Shown here one piece after another: positions 36,244-47,623 of a DNA stretch of 53,082 bases. A program made the position numbers and the translations under genes. Under the pieces are notes generated by a model. It was not told the DNA's origin and made no database searches. It worked only from the letters and a program-made list of their open reading frames with translations. Source of the DNA: Lama guanicoe (taxonomy: Eukaryota); contig MU053594.1 of NCBI GenBank assembly GCA_013239625.1, positions 2,856,127-2,909,208 of the forward strand. The letters run 5' to 3'. The first letter of the stretch is position 1. Every line of letters begins with the position of its first letter.

Positions 36244-39124
36244 GTAAGTGTTTCTAAGCCAGAAAAAATTAAGTTCCAGGTCCCTACATAAGGCAGAATA
36301 CCATGGATGAAAAGAGAGACAGGCAGGTAGACAGAAAGACAGACAGACTGTGTACATTCTACAGAAGGTAGGCGTTTAGAAATATAATGTGGGGAAGTGC
36401 ATTTTCCTGGGTGTATGTATATCTTTGTATAAGTGAAAAGCAACCCTAGAGAAAATGAAACAAGAGAAATCCTTGTTAACTACAGTGTTGAACATTGACA
36501 CTGGGAAAGGATATTGCCTGTCAGGTGTCTCTTGCCTTCCTCTGGCATCCGTGCTTCTCTGGGTCCTTCCAAAAGCCGCTGCAGAGGCTTGTAGTAAAGC
36601 CATTTCCATAAGGAGATATTTCCTATTAGTATTAAGCAACTTTTTTCCAACTTGTCAGAGATAAGGAGAGAGTGGTTTTGGAAAGTTCTCCATTCTTTGA
36701 GTTTTTAGGGATTGAATCCCTCAGGTTATTAATAAATGGATGAGCTTGGAGAGATGGTATTTTTATGGATCAGCATGTTTCTTCCTCACAGTTATTATCA
36801 TATCGGTTAAGAAAAAAGTCTATTTAGCCCTAGTCATTATGTGGAATGTGATGACTGAAATACAGCAAAGTGCCATGATGTTATATCAACGTGCCATGAT
36901 GTGAGCAAAATGGAAACATGAATATTTCTGTAATACTGTGGATTGTCACACGTCCCAGGAGCTCCAGATCACACAGGGTAGTTTTGTGTGTGGACAAATA
37001 TGTAGTACAAAACAGATATATTTTGGGCAAAAGTTATGCAAAGGTCTGATACGAGTGCCAGATGTCACTGCTTGAGGGAAATACTCAAATTTTTCTCTTC
37101 TTTCATCTTCTCTTCTAAAACCAGTTATTTCTCAAGGACACACTTTCCATACACTGCAAGTGTTTAAAAATTTTTTTCAAGGTATTTTTCCATGAAAATC
37201 CTGAATGTAACCAGCTGCCATAACCACTGAACGAAGGCCAGCAGGAAAACAGTGGTGTTTTTTCTCCCCCTTACTTTGCTACAGAAGGTCTCTGCAGCCT
37301 CACACCATAAAAACTTGAGTGGTTGAGTTACCAGTGGACTTCACTTAGCTTTATTTTTATATCATATTGTTTGTGGTCGGGTTGGGTGCTCTGTTCTATC
37401 ACTAGACCCTGGTGAAGTCCACAATGATGCGACACACTGTCCTTTGCTCTCTGAAGTTGTTTCATGGCAATAGTCTCCTTTCGGGGAGCCCTGCTGCCAG
37501 AAAGAGTGATTCCCCCAAACAGGAGTACATGTACGAGAGTGTTCTTTATCCTTGGCCTTCAGTTATGTGCCACCTGCTAGTGACCTCTGCTAATATGGGA
37601 AAAACAGCCACTTTTTCAGTTTTGTCTCTTTATTTTGTGTACTAGCCAAAGAAAACTTGTCTGCTAAAATTCATTTGTTTTGTCTACCAGAGAGGCATGC
37701 AGGGAAAAATACACATCCTATAATTACTGTTTTGAGCAGATGTCTCTAATATTAAGAAAAATCATCGTCTTAGAAACCAGATAGATTGCGGGTGATTATT
37801 AGTATTACGGGATAGATACTTCACTTTACAAAAGATTTGATATTGAATGTTTCTTTATATGAAATGGAGAGGTTGTTCAGACTTTAAAGTAAAAAAGCAG
37901 AAGCCTTTCATGAGAGTCTAGCTCAAGTTTGCAAAAACATCTCTGACATTCTGGTACAAGATGAACACTGAGCCCTCCCTGCTGGGTTCTGAGACACTTC
38001 TGCATCAACCATGGAGCTGCAAGGAACACAATTTGTAATCAGTTAACAAATTCAAGCAATTTGTCATGTCAAGTAATTGGCTCATAGAGAAGAAATGCTC
38101 TATAACAGACGGATGAGTGATGAGTTATCAGTGGCTTTCACTTAGCTTCATATTTATACATCATTTTGTTTCCATTTATGCTGCCTTATCTGTGCCATTT
38201 AAGCCCTGTCGGGGACACAGCCCTAATTACTGATTTATCTGATCATTGTAACATGTAGAACCTACCTATAGTAAATACTTACTTTTTATAGCATAGCATT
38301 GTCTTCTATTTAAATAATGCCTTGGAATTCAGTGAACTCTATAGATATTTCAGAATCTTATTCTCTTTGTTGTGAACTGGATTTTTAAATAGTCATTTCT
38401 CACTGTGGTTTAGCACAGAGTTGTTACAGATACCCTGTTCAGTGGCAAAGCTGGTAACAGGACTGAGCTTTCTGAAATGTTCAGTCTCTTCGCTAGACTC
38501 ATTGGCTTTAAGGCCGCTCCAGATTTCAGAAATGAAGATCCTGGTAGCCGCAGTGCCTGACATAGAGAAAGTGCTCAATAAACAGTGGGGCTTTTTAAGT
38601 CTAAATGTGAAATGTCTTTTGTAACCAGTTCTAATTCTGATTTTACGTAAACTGACTTTTTACCATGCAAAGAAATAAAAACCCACACTGAAAACAGTAC
38701 ACAGAAAGAAATAGGAATTAATCCAGCTCAGTCCCCGCTTTACTAACATGCTGCATTATGGAAATACTCATGGGCTGGATGATCAGCCTCACTGATTTTT
38801 TTTCTTTTGGTTGGGAGGGTGATTCATGTAATCTCTCTGAAATATTTTATTCCTTTTCTGTCTGGCTTAAGGTCTTATATTCTTTGAGCCACATATTCTT
38901 TATTTTAAGAGAAAGAGATGCTGTATTAAAAGGCATCATATATAATAGAATGAAAATAAATTATAATCAAGGGTTCGTGTTCTACTTAGGCCATGTTCTT
39001 TACTCTTTAAACACTTTAAATTAAGATTTGCCTGTAGATAACCATTTGACGATAATTATTTTTTCACCTGTTTTAAAATTCTCTGTTTATAGCTGTGTTC
39101 TTTTATTTCTTTTTTTTTCTACAG

Positions 39125-39202
39125 TCTAAAACTATAACAGTAACAAATACAGATACTACAAATGACGTTATCAACGCGACCCTACCAATGCTGGGGATAA
39201 CT
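39125..39202 (+). CDS. ARHGAP20: ARHGAP20 coding exon 7 (RA region; SKTITVTNTDTTNDVINATLPMLGIT)
   Basis: Acceptor ttttttttctacag, donor ACT|gtaagt; 78 nt. Confidence 0.93.
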
Positions 39203-39374
39203 GTAAGTTACTCTCCTAGACATTCTTAATTAAAAACAAACTTTGATACTTTAGATTCATGTAAATATTATCTCTTCCATCATAAGACAGCTGATTACTA
39301 GAGATACTAAAGTCCTGTTTTGTCCCCAAAAATGTAGAAAATAGGGACAGTAGATTTTTTTACTCTTTTTGAGG

Positions 39375-40690
39375 GTTTTGTTTGTTGTAAATTGAGCTAT
39401 AGTTGACTTACAACATTATATTAGTTTCAGGTATAAAACATAATGATTTGATGTTTTTGCAGATTATATCCCATTTGCGTTACTATGAAATACTGGCCGT
39501 ACCCCCTGTGCTGTACGCTGCACCCATGTGTCTTACTAATTTTATGCCCGGTATTTGTACCTCTTGATCGCCTTCACCTGTCTTGCCCTTCTCCCTGCCC
39601 ATCTCCTCATTAGCAACATTAGTTTGTCTCTGTATCTGTGTTTCTATTTTGTTAGACCCATATGTTTGTTTTATTTTCTAAATTTCCACATATAAGTGAT
39701 ACACAGTTTTGTCTTTCTCTCTCTAACTTATTTCATAGGCATAATATCCCCCAGGTCTATCCATGTTGTCACAAATAGCAAAATTTTCATTCTTATTTTA
39801 TGGCTGAGTAATATCTCATTATACACACACACACACACACACACACACCCCACATACTCTATTCATTTTATCTGTTGATAGACACTTCGATTGCTTTAAT
39901 ACCTTTCTACCATAAGTAATGCTGCTATGAACATTGGGGTGCATGTATCTTTTAAAATTAGTGTTTTTGTTTTCTTTGGATATCTGCTGGATCATATTAG
40001 TTTTTTGAGGAACCGCTAAACTGTTTTCCACAGTGGCTGCACTAATTTACATTCCACCCAGCAGTGTGCAAGGATTCCCTTTCCTCCACACCTCAAGAAC
40101 ATTTGTTATTCATAGACTTTTTTAAAAATATTTTTTATTGAGTTATAGTCATTTCACAATGTTGACTTTTTGATCATAGCCATTCTGACAACTATTAGGT
40201 AATTTCTCATTATTGTTTTCATTTGCATTTCTCTAATAATTAGTAACGCTGAACATCTTTACATCTACCTATTAGTTAGCCATCTGTATGTCTTCTTTGG
40301 AAATATGTCTGTTCAGGTCTTCTGCCCATTTTTGGATTGGACTGTTTGGTTTTGTTTTTGTTTATTGATACTGTGTTGTATGAGCTGTTTACATATTTTG
40401 GATATTAACCCCTTGTCAGTCATATCATTTGCAGATAACTTCTCCCATTCTGTAGGTTGATTTTTTGTTTTCTCAATGTTTTCCTTTACTGCACAAAAGC
40501 TTTTAAATTTAATTGGTCCCATTTGTTCATTTTTGCTTTTATTTCCTTCATGTTAGGAGATGGATCAAAAAAATCTTGCTGTGATTTATGTCAGAGAGTG
40601 TTCTGCCTATGTTCTCTTATAGGAGTTTATGGTATCTGGTCTCACATTTAGGTCTTAATCCATTTTGAGTTTATTTTTATATGGTGTTTT
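39375..40690 (-). mobile_element. L1 3' region, antisense, containing an (AC)n tract at ~39823-39847
   Basis: attgagctatagttgacttacaacattatattagtttcagg..gtaatgctgctatgaacattggggtgcatgtatc; minus-strand ORF2 peptide IKFKSFC..KE.I..TK.QPTEWEK..AN...DKGLISKI. Confidence 0.88.
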
Positions 40691-40929
40691 ATATGCGCTA
40701 TTCTTGTAGTTAGGGGATTTTTTTTGTATAAGATTCTTAATAAGAAAATTTCAACCTCCTTCCCCATTCCCCACTTGTCATTGTATGACTATTCTTTCCC
40801 TGTTTCCTCTCTTAGTTCTTCTTTGTTATCTATTATTCTCTTTATTATCCCAAAATTCAATTCAGTCTTAGGATGCTGAATTCTGAAGGATTTACTCTAT
40901 AGGATTTTTACATAAAGAATATATAGCTA

Positions 40930-43175
40930 CTCGCGATGCTCAGAGAAGCGCGCCGGGAGCCGCGAGCAGGGCGGGCAGACAGGTGAGCCCGGGCGGGAGG
41001 GGACACGATGGCAGCGCAGGCGCTGGCGCTGCTGAGGGAGGTCTCGCGGCTGGAAGCGCCGCTGGAGGAGCTCCGCGCTCTGCAGCCAGTGCTGCAGTCG
41101 GTGCCGCTCGGAGAGCAAGCGGCGGGGCTGCGCCTCGGCCCGCTTTTCTCCGCCCTCTGCAGCCAGTGCTGCAGTCGGTGCCGCTCAGCGATCTCCGTGA
41201 GCAAGCGGCGGAGCTGCGCCTCGGCCCGCTTTTCTCCGCCCTCTGCAGCCAGTGCTGCAGTCGGTGCCGCTCAGCGATCTCGGCGAGCAAGCGGCGGAGC
41301 TGCGCCTCGGCCCGCTTTTCTCCCTGCTCAACGAGAACCCCTGGTAACAGACTACTTTGTGCGTATCCATCCTGGAGAGGTTGCTCCAAGCTTTGGACCC
41401 AGTTCACGTGGCCCGGAACTTCAGGAGTGACCTGCAGAGGGGACTGACTCATCCCAATGATTCTGTGAAACTCCTTACTCTGTCCCAGGTTGGAAGAATT
41501 GTTGAAAATTCTGATGCTGTTACTGACATTGTAAATAATGCTGAATTGCTAAAACAAATCGTTTGTTGTATTGGTGGCAAGAATCTATCTGTAGCTAAAG
41601 CAGCCATTAAATCCCTGTCAAGAATGTCACTGACCCAAGCTGGCCTGGAGGCTTGCTTTGAAAGTAATCTGCTGGATGATTTGAAAAGTGTAATGAAAAC
41701 AAATGACATTGTTCGATACAGGGTGTATGAGCTAATTGTGGAGATTTCTTTTGTGTCCCCAGAATCTTTAAAACTACTGTACCACCAGTGGATTGGTAAC
41801 CCAGCTCCTTAAGGAACTGACTGATGAGGATGTGCTGGTCAGAGCCACCTGTATAGAGATGGTGACATCACTGGCATGTACTCATTATGGACGACAGTAC
41901 CTTGCTCGGGAAGGAGTAATTGATCAGATTTCTAACATAATTGTGGGGGCCGATTCAGACCCTTTCGCTAGCTTCTATTTGCCAGGATTTGTGAAGTTTT
42001 TTGGAAACCTAGCTATCATGGATAGCCCTCAACAGGTCTGTGAGCGTTATCCTTTTTTGTGGAAAAAGTCTTTGAAATAAAGTCAGGACCCCACCATGAG
42101 TGGTGTAGCAGTGGACATGATTGGAATTCTGGGATCCAATGTTGAAGGAAAACAGGTTTTACAGAAAACAGGAACTCGCTTTGAACGCTTGCTCATGAGA
42201 ATGGGATATCAAGCAAAGAAGCCTCAGTAGAGCTCAAAATTAGGTGTTTGGATGCAGTTTCATCTCTTTTTTATTTACCGCCTGAGCAGCAGACTGATGA
42301 CCTTAGGATGGCAGAATCCTGGTTTTCTTCTTTATCTCGGGACCCACTGGAGCTCTTCCGTGGCATCAGCAATCAACCCTTCCCTGAACTACGCTGTGCT
42401 GCCCTGAAAGTGTTCACGGCCATTGCAAACCAACCCTGGGCTCAGAAACTTATGCTTAACAGCCCAGGTTTCATAGAATATGTGATGGACAGGTCCGTAG
42501 AGCATGACAAAGCTTCAAAGGATGCCAGATATGAACTGGTGAAAGCACTTGCCAATTCTAAGACAACTGCAGAAATCTTTGGGAACCCAAATTGTTTGAG
42601 GCTCAGAACTTAACCTGAGTGAAGGTCCATACTACGTGAAACCTATTTCCACTACAGCAGTGGAAGGGGCTGAATGATTTTTTCTAGAGTCTTCACCACT
42701 TATTGACCAAAATTTTTCCTGAGTCTTCTGACTCCATTTGTATTTTACAAAACAGAGACTTTCCTCCCACCAGAGTTATCATGGAGTATCTAATGTGACT
42801 TTATCGCCAACACTGGTTGTGTTTCTACACTGAAATACAATGTAAATCCAGGAAAGCAGGCACACTTGATTATTGATCCAGATGTTCTTCAGACTCCTTT
42901 GAGCATCTTAATCTTCACAAGAATATGGAAGTTTTGTTCTCCTCCCAGAAAGTTTTTGTGGACTTCTCACTGTCTTATTTTAAAACCCACAGCAACTTAA
43001 ATGGAACTAAATTGTTTCTGAATTCTCTTTATCGCCTTTTTTTTTTCTTTTGATCCTTTCCCCACTTCTGATTCCACTTTCGCAGTCTTGGATATAAATA
43101 TTCTTTGTAAAACAAATATATGCAATCTTAAAATTATGATCCCTATGCTAAGAATAAATACTTTTAATTTAAAAA
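40930..43175 (+). pseudogene. PSMD5: PSMD5 (26S proteasome non-ATPase regulatory subunit 5) processed pseudogene, full length, in ARHGAP20 intron 7
   Basis: Intronless, from [22 protein letters not shown] (ATG 41008) to ..YYVKPISTTAVEGAE* (TGA 42675-42677). In-frame TAA at 41345 and several frameshifts (~41770, ~42055-42080, ~42220, ~42611). AATAAA at 43153, short A tail, 16-bp TSD AAAGAATATATAGCTA at 40914-40929 and 43176-43191. Confidence 0.96.
41071..41323 (+). repeat. Three-copy tandem repeat (77+86+86 bp) inside the PSMD5 retrocopy 5' CDS
   Basis: Units start with CTCCGC at 41071, 41148 and 41234 and each contains tgcagccagtgctgcagtcggtgccgctc..gctgcgcctcggcccgctttt. Confidence 0.95.
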
Positions 43176-44835
43176 AAAGAATATATAGCTAGAAACCACA
43201 TTCACAAACTACAGGTTCAGAGGATGAGAAGGATGGTACCTCTGATGAACAGGTAAATTAAAAAAATAAGCTTTGAATTAGATCATGGATTTGAAGATCT
43301 TTAGTATGCACACCACACTTTCCTTGTTTAGCTTTTAGCTTCCACTTATTGCTTTTCATGTTCAATGGTGAGTTTTTAAAAATTTTATTAGCGGAGAAGA
43401 ATGGAATGTTTGTGGATGAGGTAGGGAAAGAGCATTGGAGAGTCCCATCTCCTCCTTACCGGTGTATCAACACCACACAGTGGGTCCTCATATTAAAGGG
43501 AATGCCTTTCAAAAGGATGGATGCTAAAGGAAACACTTGAACAATACCATTTCTTGCATGAGAGTCTCTATAAATATGAAGACATGGTGTTACTATGATG
43601 TGACATGACATGTATTTAAGATATGTCATAGTCTTAAGTATTTTGATTTGCTTGTACACATTGCTATCGTTAAGCCCTTAAGAAAGAACCAAAATTTAGC
43701 ATAAGATGTCTGATTTATTTTAATTCAATTTAGTAATATATTTAAGATACAATTAAGTATATATGCGCTGAGTAAAGCAGGCCCCTCTGCATAGATTTCT
43801 AAGCCTGTAGAATTATGCATTGGAAGAGAGTGAGTAGCTTGAGGGGAAGGAAGGGAAGTTAATTAATGACATGACTCATTTTCTTATTTATGCTTTTCTT
43901 TTGGATAAGTGATCAGTCTCATCACCCCAAAAGTATTTCTATTCAGTGTGTAATTAGGAATTGAGTCTCTCTGGTTATACTGCTCTAAGGAATTATTAAT
44001 GTGTACACTATACTACATGAAAAGAAAGGATTTTTACTAGATTGCTCTTCCTGTTTGCAATAAAAATTTTTGACTAGAGGATAGGAAAGGAAGTGACAAA
44101 GTAGGGGAGGGGACTTGGCAGGATGATCTCCTAGCCAATTCCCTTCATTATAAGGTCAGGGTCATGATTTTTAATCAGAAGATAAAGGCAAGAATATTAA
44201 ATATTGCCATTCTGTTGTGACTTCATTTTAAACATTTTTGCTTTATCCTCTTCTAGACGATACAGCAAAGTCTGTATAATTTGGTATTATTTCTTTGAAA
44301 TAGAATTTTTAGTATTACTGGGTTGTAATTCTGCTAGTGAACGGTTTCATTGTTTCCCATAACTGGGCCTATTCTCTAGACAGTATTCTTGTCCTTTCTG
44401 TCCCCAGGACTGGACTTGCCCAAAATAAAGCCAGTGTACACTGTGCCAACTACCTGTCTCCTCAAAGCCCCTTGGTCAGTCTTTATTGGTTTTGTTTGTT
44501 TGTTTGTTTGTTTACTTTACACAAGGGCATGTATGTGATCTCACATTCTGTGGGCTACCCTATTTATAATACTGAGAGCCTGATTCCACTGAAGTTCATG
44601 GATCCCTCGTCATCACTAGGGGAAAAGGGCAAGATTTCTGAATCCTCTGTTAGGGGTTAGAGGAGAGATGGGTTGTAGGAATCAGCATTGCCACCTTCAA
44701 AGACCGTATCACCCCCATGAACCATGAAAGCATTTATATTGGCCCTATGTTTTTGCAAAACATAGAAATGCCAAAATATGTCTTTGTTCAGTTACCAAAT
44801 GTGAGAGACTGATTGTTAATTCTTTTATCTCCAAG

Positions 44836-44902
44836 GACTCTGAAAGTGAATACAAGTTGTGGGTGTATTCGGGCAGAGAGGAGGCACCATACCGACTTAT
44901 TG
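44836..44902 (+). CDS. ARHGAP20: ARHGAP20 coding exon 8 (RA region; DSESEYKLWVYSGREEAPYRLI)
   Basis: Acceptor ttcttttatctccaag, donor TG|gtaagt; 67 nt, phase 0 to 1. Confidence 0.92.
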
Positions 44903-45899
44903 GTAAGTTTCTGTGAAAATATAAGATGGATTGTGTTTTAATTATAGTTCTAAATGTCTCAGAGAATTCGTCATATGGTCCCAAATTTAAATACTATTAA
45001 ACAATAAATCCCATGTAATATTCATTTATTCATTTAATATATATATCAAGTATGTCCTATGTGCAGGTAAATGATAGCTCTTCATTCAAGCAACTAGTGG
45101 TGTAGAGGGGAAGCGAAATGTTAATTTTCCTTTCTTTTTTTTTTCACTTTGCAAACAGAACTGTTTGTCAAACCTTTTAAAACTTTCTTTCTAAGAGAAA
45201 GCAAGATGTGCTGGAATTCCGTTTTCCCTGTATATTTATTTTTCATATTTAGTTCTTGAATCTCCTTTCCTTTTCCTACCATTTGCCTCTATAGAAAACC
45301 TTCTATGATCCAGTCATGCCTCTTAACCTATCAGTGAGTATTTAACACCTGCCCTGTACCCAGATCTTTGCTAGGCATCAAAAAAGAAAATGAAATTAAA
45401 CCGTTTAGATTCCTAAAAATCTTTATTGACTTATTTAGCAATAAGTACTACCTTACTAACTAACTACTTTGCTGTTTCTCCAGCCAAATATCCCAGCATC
45501 GGTTTTGAGGAATTACTGGTAAATAGGTCACATCTCACCTTATTTAAATCATTTAGGTAAAAAAAATTTCTTGATCAGTGAAGTCCTTCAGTATAGTTAA
45601 TGGAAATAAGGCAGTTAAAATAAGGGACGGCATCTGGAGCAAATCTTGAGATGATGACATTGATGATATGACAATTTCTGTTAATAATTTTTAAATGCTT
45701 GCTGTCTGCGTAGCATGCAAAGCATATCACATGAGTTATCTCATGTAATCCTTTCATTTACCTGTGAGATCACTACAGTGTAATTCAGGTTTCAAGTAAT
45801 CTGAATAATCTAAATCCAAACTTTTCTATGAAATGTATATTCTCAAGCTTTAAAGCAAGCCATCATGCACATAGCTGAGGACAAAATTCCCTGCATTTT

Positions 45900-46034
45900 G
45901 GGGGAGGGTATAGCTCAAGTGGTAGAGCACATGCTTAGCACACAGAAAGTCCTGGGTTCAATCCCCAGTACCTCCTCTAAAAATAAATAAATAAACCTAG
46001 TTACCTCCCCCCACAAAAAAAAAAAGAAAGAAAG
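45900..46034 (+). mobile_element. tRNA-derived SINE, camelid vic-1-like
   Basis: Head GGGGAGGGTATAGCTCAAGTGGTAGAGC (A box), GGTTCAATCCC (B box), A-rich tail; perfect 16-bp TSD AAAATTCCCTGCATTT at 45883-45898 and 46035-46050. Confidence 0.9.
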
Positions 46035-47434
46035 AAAATTCCCTGCATTTCCTGTTTGTTTCTTAATATTGTCATTTGTGTAAAAGTCAATGAGCAACAA
46101 TTAAAGCTATGATGAAAAGTCAAATAAGTACTTAAAATAGTTGTTTTAATAAAATACATTAATTTAATTAAAACTATGTAGATAGTAACTTTCAGGCTTA
46201 AAACAACATGAAGCTTCATTTCTAACTCTCACTTATAAAAAAAACCACAGGATATAGGACATGGTTGTTACTTAGCCGCAATTCTCCGTTATATATTTTA
46301 CTGCACCTTGCAAATTTCAGTTGTGGATTAGCTACTGGCTATTTTGGTAAATCAGTTTTGTTTTGTTGCTGTCATAGAAGTCTTTTTTATTTTTCTGCCT
46401 TAGTCCCTGAAAGTTGCTATAGTACTTAATATCAGTGAAACATTGACACTGTATGCCTATGCAAGATGAAAAGGAAAAGTTCACTGAATTAGATTCAGTG
46501 ATAAGTCTGGAATGGAAGAGACTTTACTCTCTGTACTTAAAAAGTAAACAAATCTACAGCACAGTGGTACTTAAGAATTGAGAAAATGAAATTATTTAGC
46601 GTACTAAAGAGCAAAAACTGATATTGCAGTCAGGTGTCCAGGGTTTAGTTTTTCTAGTTTGAAAATTCCTTTTTGAATCTTGTTTTTGTATCTCTCATAC
46701 CCTGCAGTCTTCCTTCTAACTGTTGCCTGTGAATAACGGCCTCAGAGTGGCGTGGTGGGAGGGAAGCATAAGTCAGACAAGCCAGCCCTTGAGTAACTCT
46801 AATTGTGTATAACTAATAAAGAGTATAAAATGTCTTCTTTCAGGTAGATATCTTGTACTGAATAATAGTAATAGTAGTGATCTTTGAAATATATAGTTAT
46901 TTGCCCTTTATATTTAAATACTGTTAACCACTAAGTTTTACTTATTTGATCCTTATAATACTGTGTGATGGGTAGGATAAATATTTTAAATCATGGATTT
47001 AAGGCTGAGAGAGGTCAGGGATTTGCTGATGAGAGAGGTATTTGCTGAAGATTTTACAGAGGTAGGTAGTGTCAAAGGAGAAACTAGAATGCCTTTCAGT
47101 ATTCTCAGATATGATCATAGGAAAAGTCAACATGATGCAACTCACAAACTAACCTGTGCATTCCCAAACAAGATATTCTTTAAAGACTTCTTTCTCTTTG
47201 TTTCTCCTCTCTACCCCCACCCCCCCCAAATAACTAATTTGGTGGGGCCTCCTGCATTACACAGTGGTCTCTAAGTGTAAGAGTGTGCATGGCGATCGCT
47301 CAGTCAACAAAAGGATTCTTTATACCAAAAGTCCCAGGAGCAAATTGCAGGACATTCCATCCTGTAGCACACATGCTTATACTGACACAGTGCCAGCCAG
47401 CCTAAAGTCTACATTTAGATTTTTCTCTGTGTAG

Positions 47435-47623
47435 GACACGAATTCCCCTATGGGATTAAAATGAATCACCTCCGAGACACGGCACTCCTGATGCAGGGGT
47501 CAGAGGACTCCCCGACGCCTTCCAACCTCCAAGAGCCCTTCCTCATGGAACAGCTGCCCCAAGAGAAGCAGTGTCACTTCATCTTGAAGCCCAGCCGGCT
47601 GGCTGTGGCCCAACAACTGGGTG
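47435..47623 (+). CDS. ARHGAP20: ARHGAP20 coding exon 9 (HEFPYGIKMNHLRDTALLMQGSEDSPTPSNLQEPFLMEQLPQEKQCHFILKPSRLAVAQQLG)
   Basis: Acceptor tttttctctgtgtag, donor GTG|gtgagt; 189 nt; overlaps ORF 47461..47802. Confidence 0.94.

Larger units (their letters stand above)
3993..47623 (+). other. ARHGAP20: ARHGAP20 / ARHGAP20-like gene, coding exons 1-9 (gene continues past the window; RhoGAP domain not included)
   Basis: Nine GT-AG exons (102+83+162+144+42+85+78+67+189 = 952 nt) join in frame with matching phases. The translation matches the recalled ARHGAP20 N-terminus, from MEAMSPQQETLGGQPGRSSSLTG to FILKPSRLAVAQQL. Confidence 0.93.

Noticed and set aside
41071..41323. CRISPR-like repeat array
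   Set aside because: Contiguous tandem copies of PSMD5 coding sequence with no unique spacers, in eukaryotic DNA.
41008..42677. PSMD5 ORFs as a functional retrogene
   Set aside because: Frameshifting triplication, in-frame TAA at 41345 and several more frameshifts.
43210..43260. Exon-like tacag..gaacag|gtaaat just after the PSMD5 insertion
   Set aside because: No pyrimidine tract, the length (38 nt) breaks the frame, and it does not match the recalled ARHGAP20 protein.
45900..45975. tRNA gene
   Set aside because: The tRNA-like head is followed by a SINE body, A-tail and TSD, so it is a SINE.
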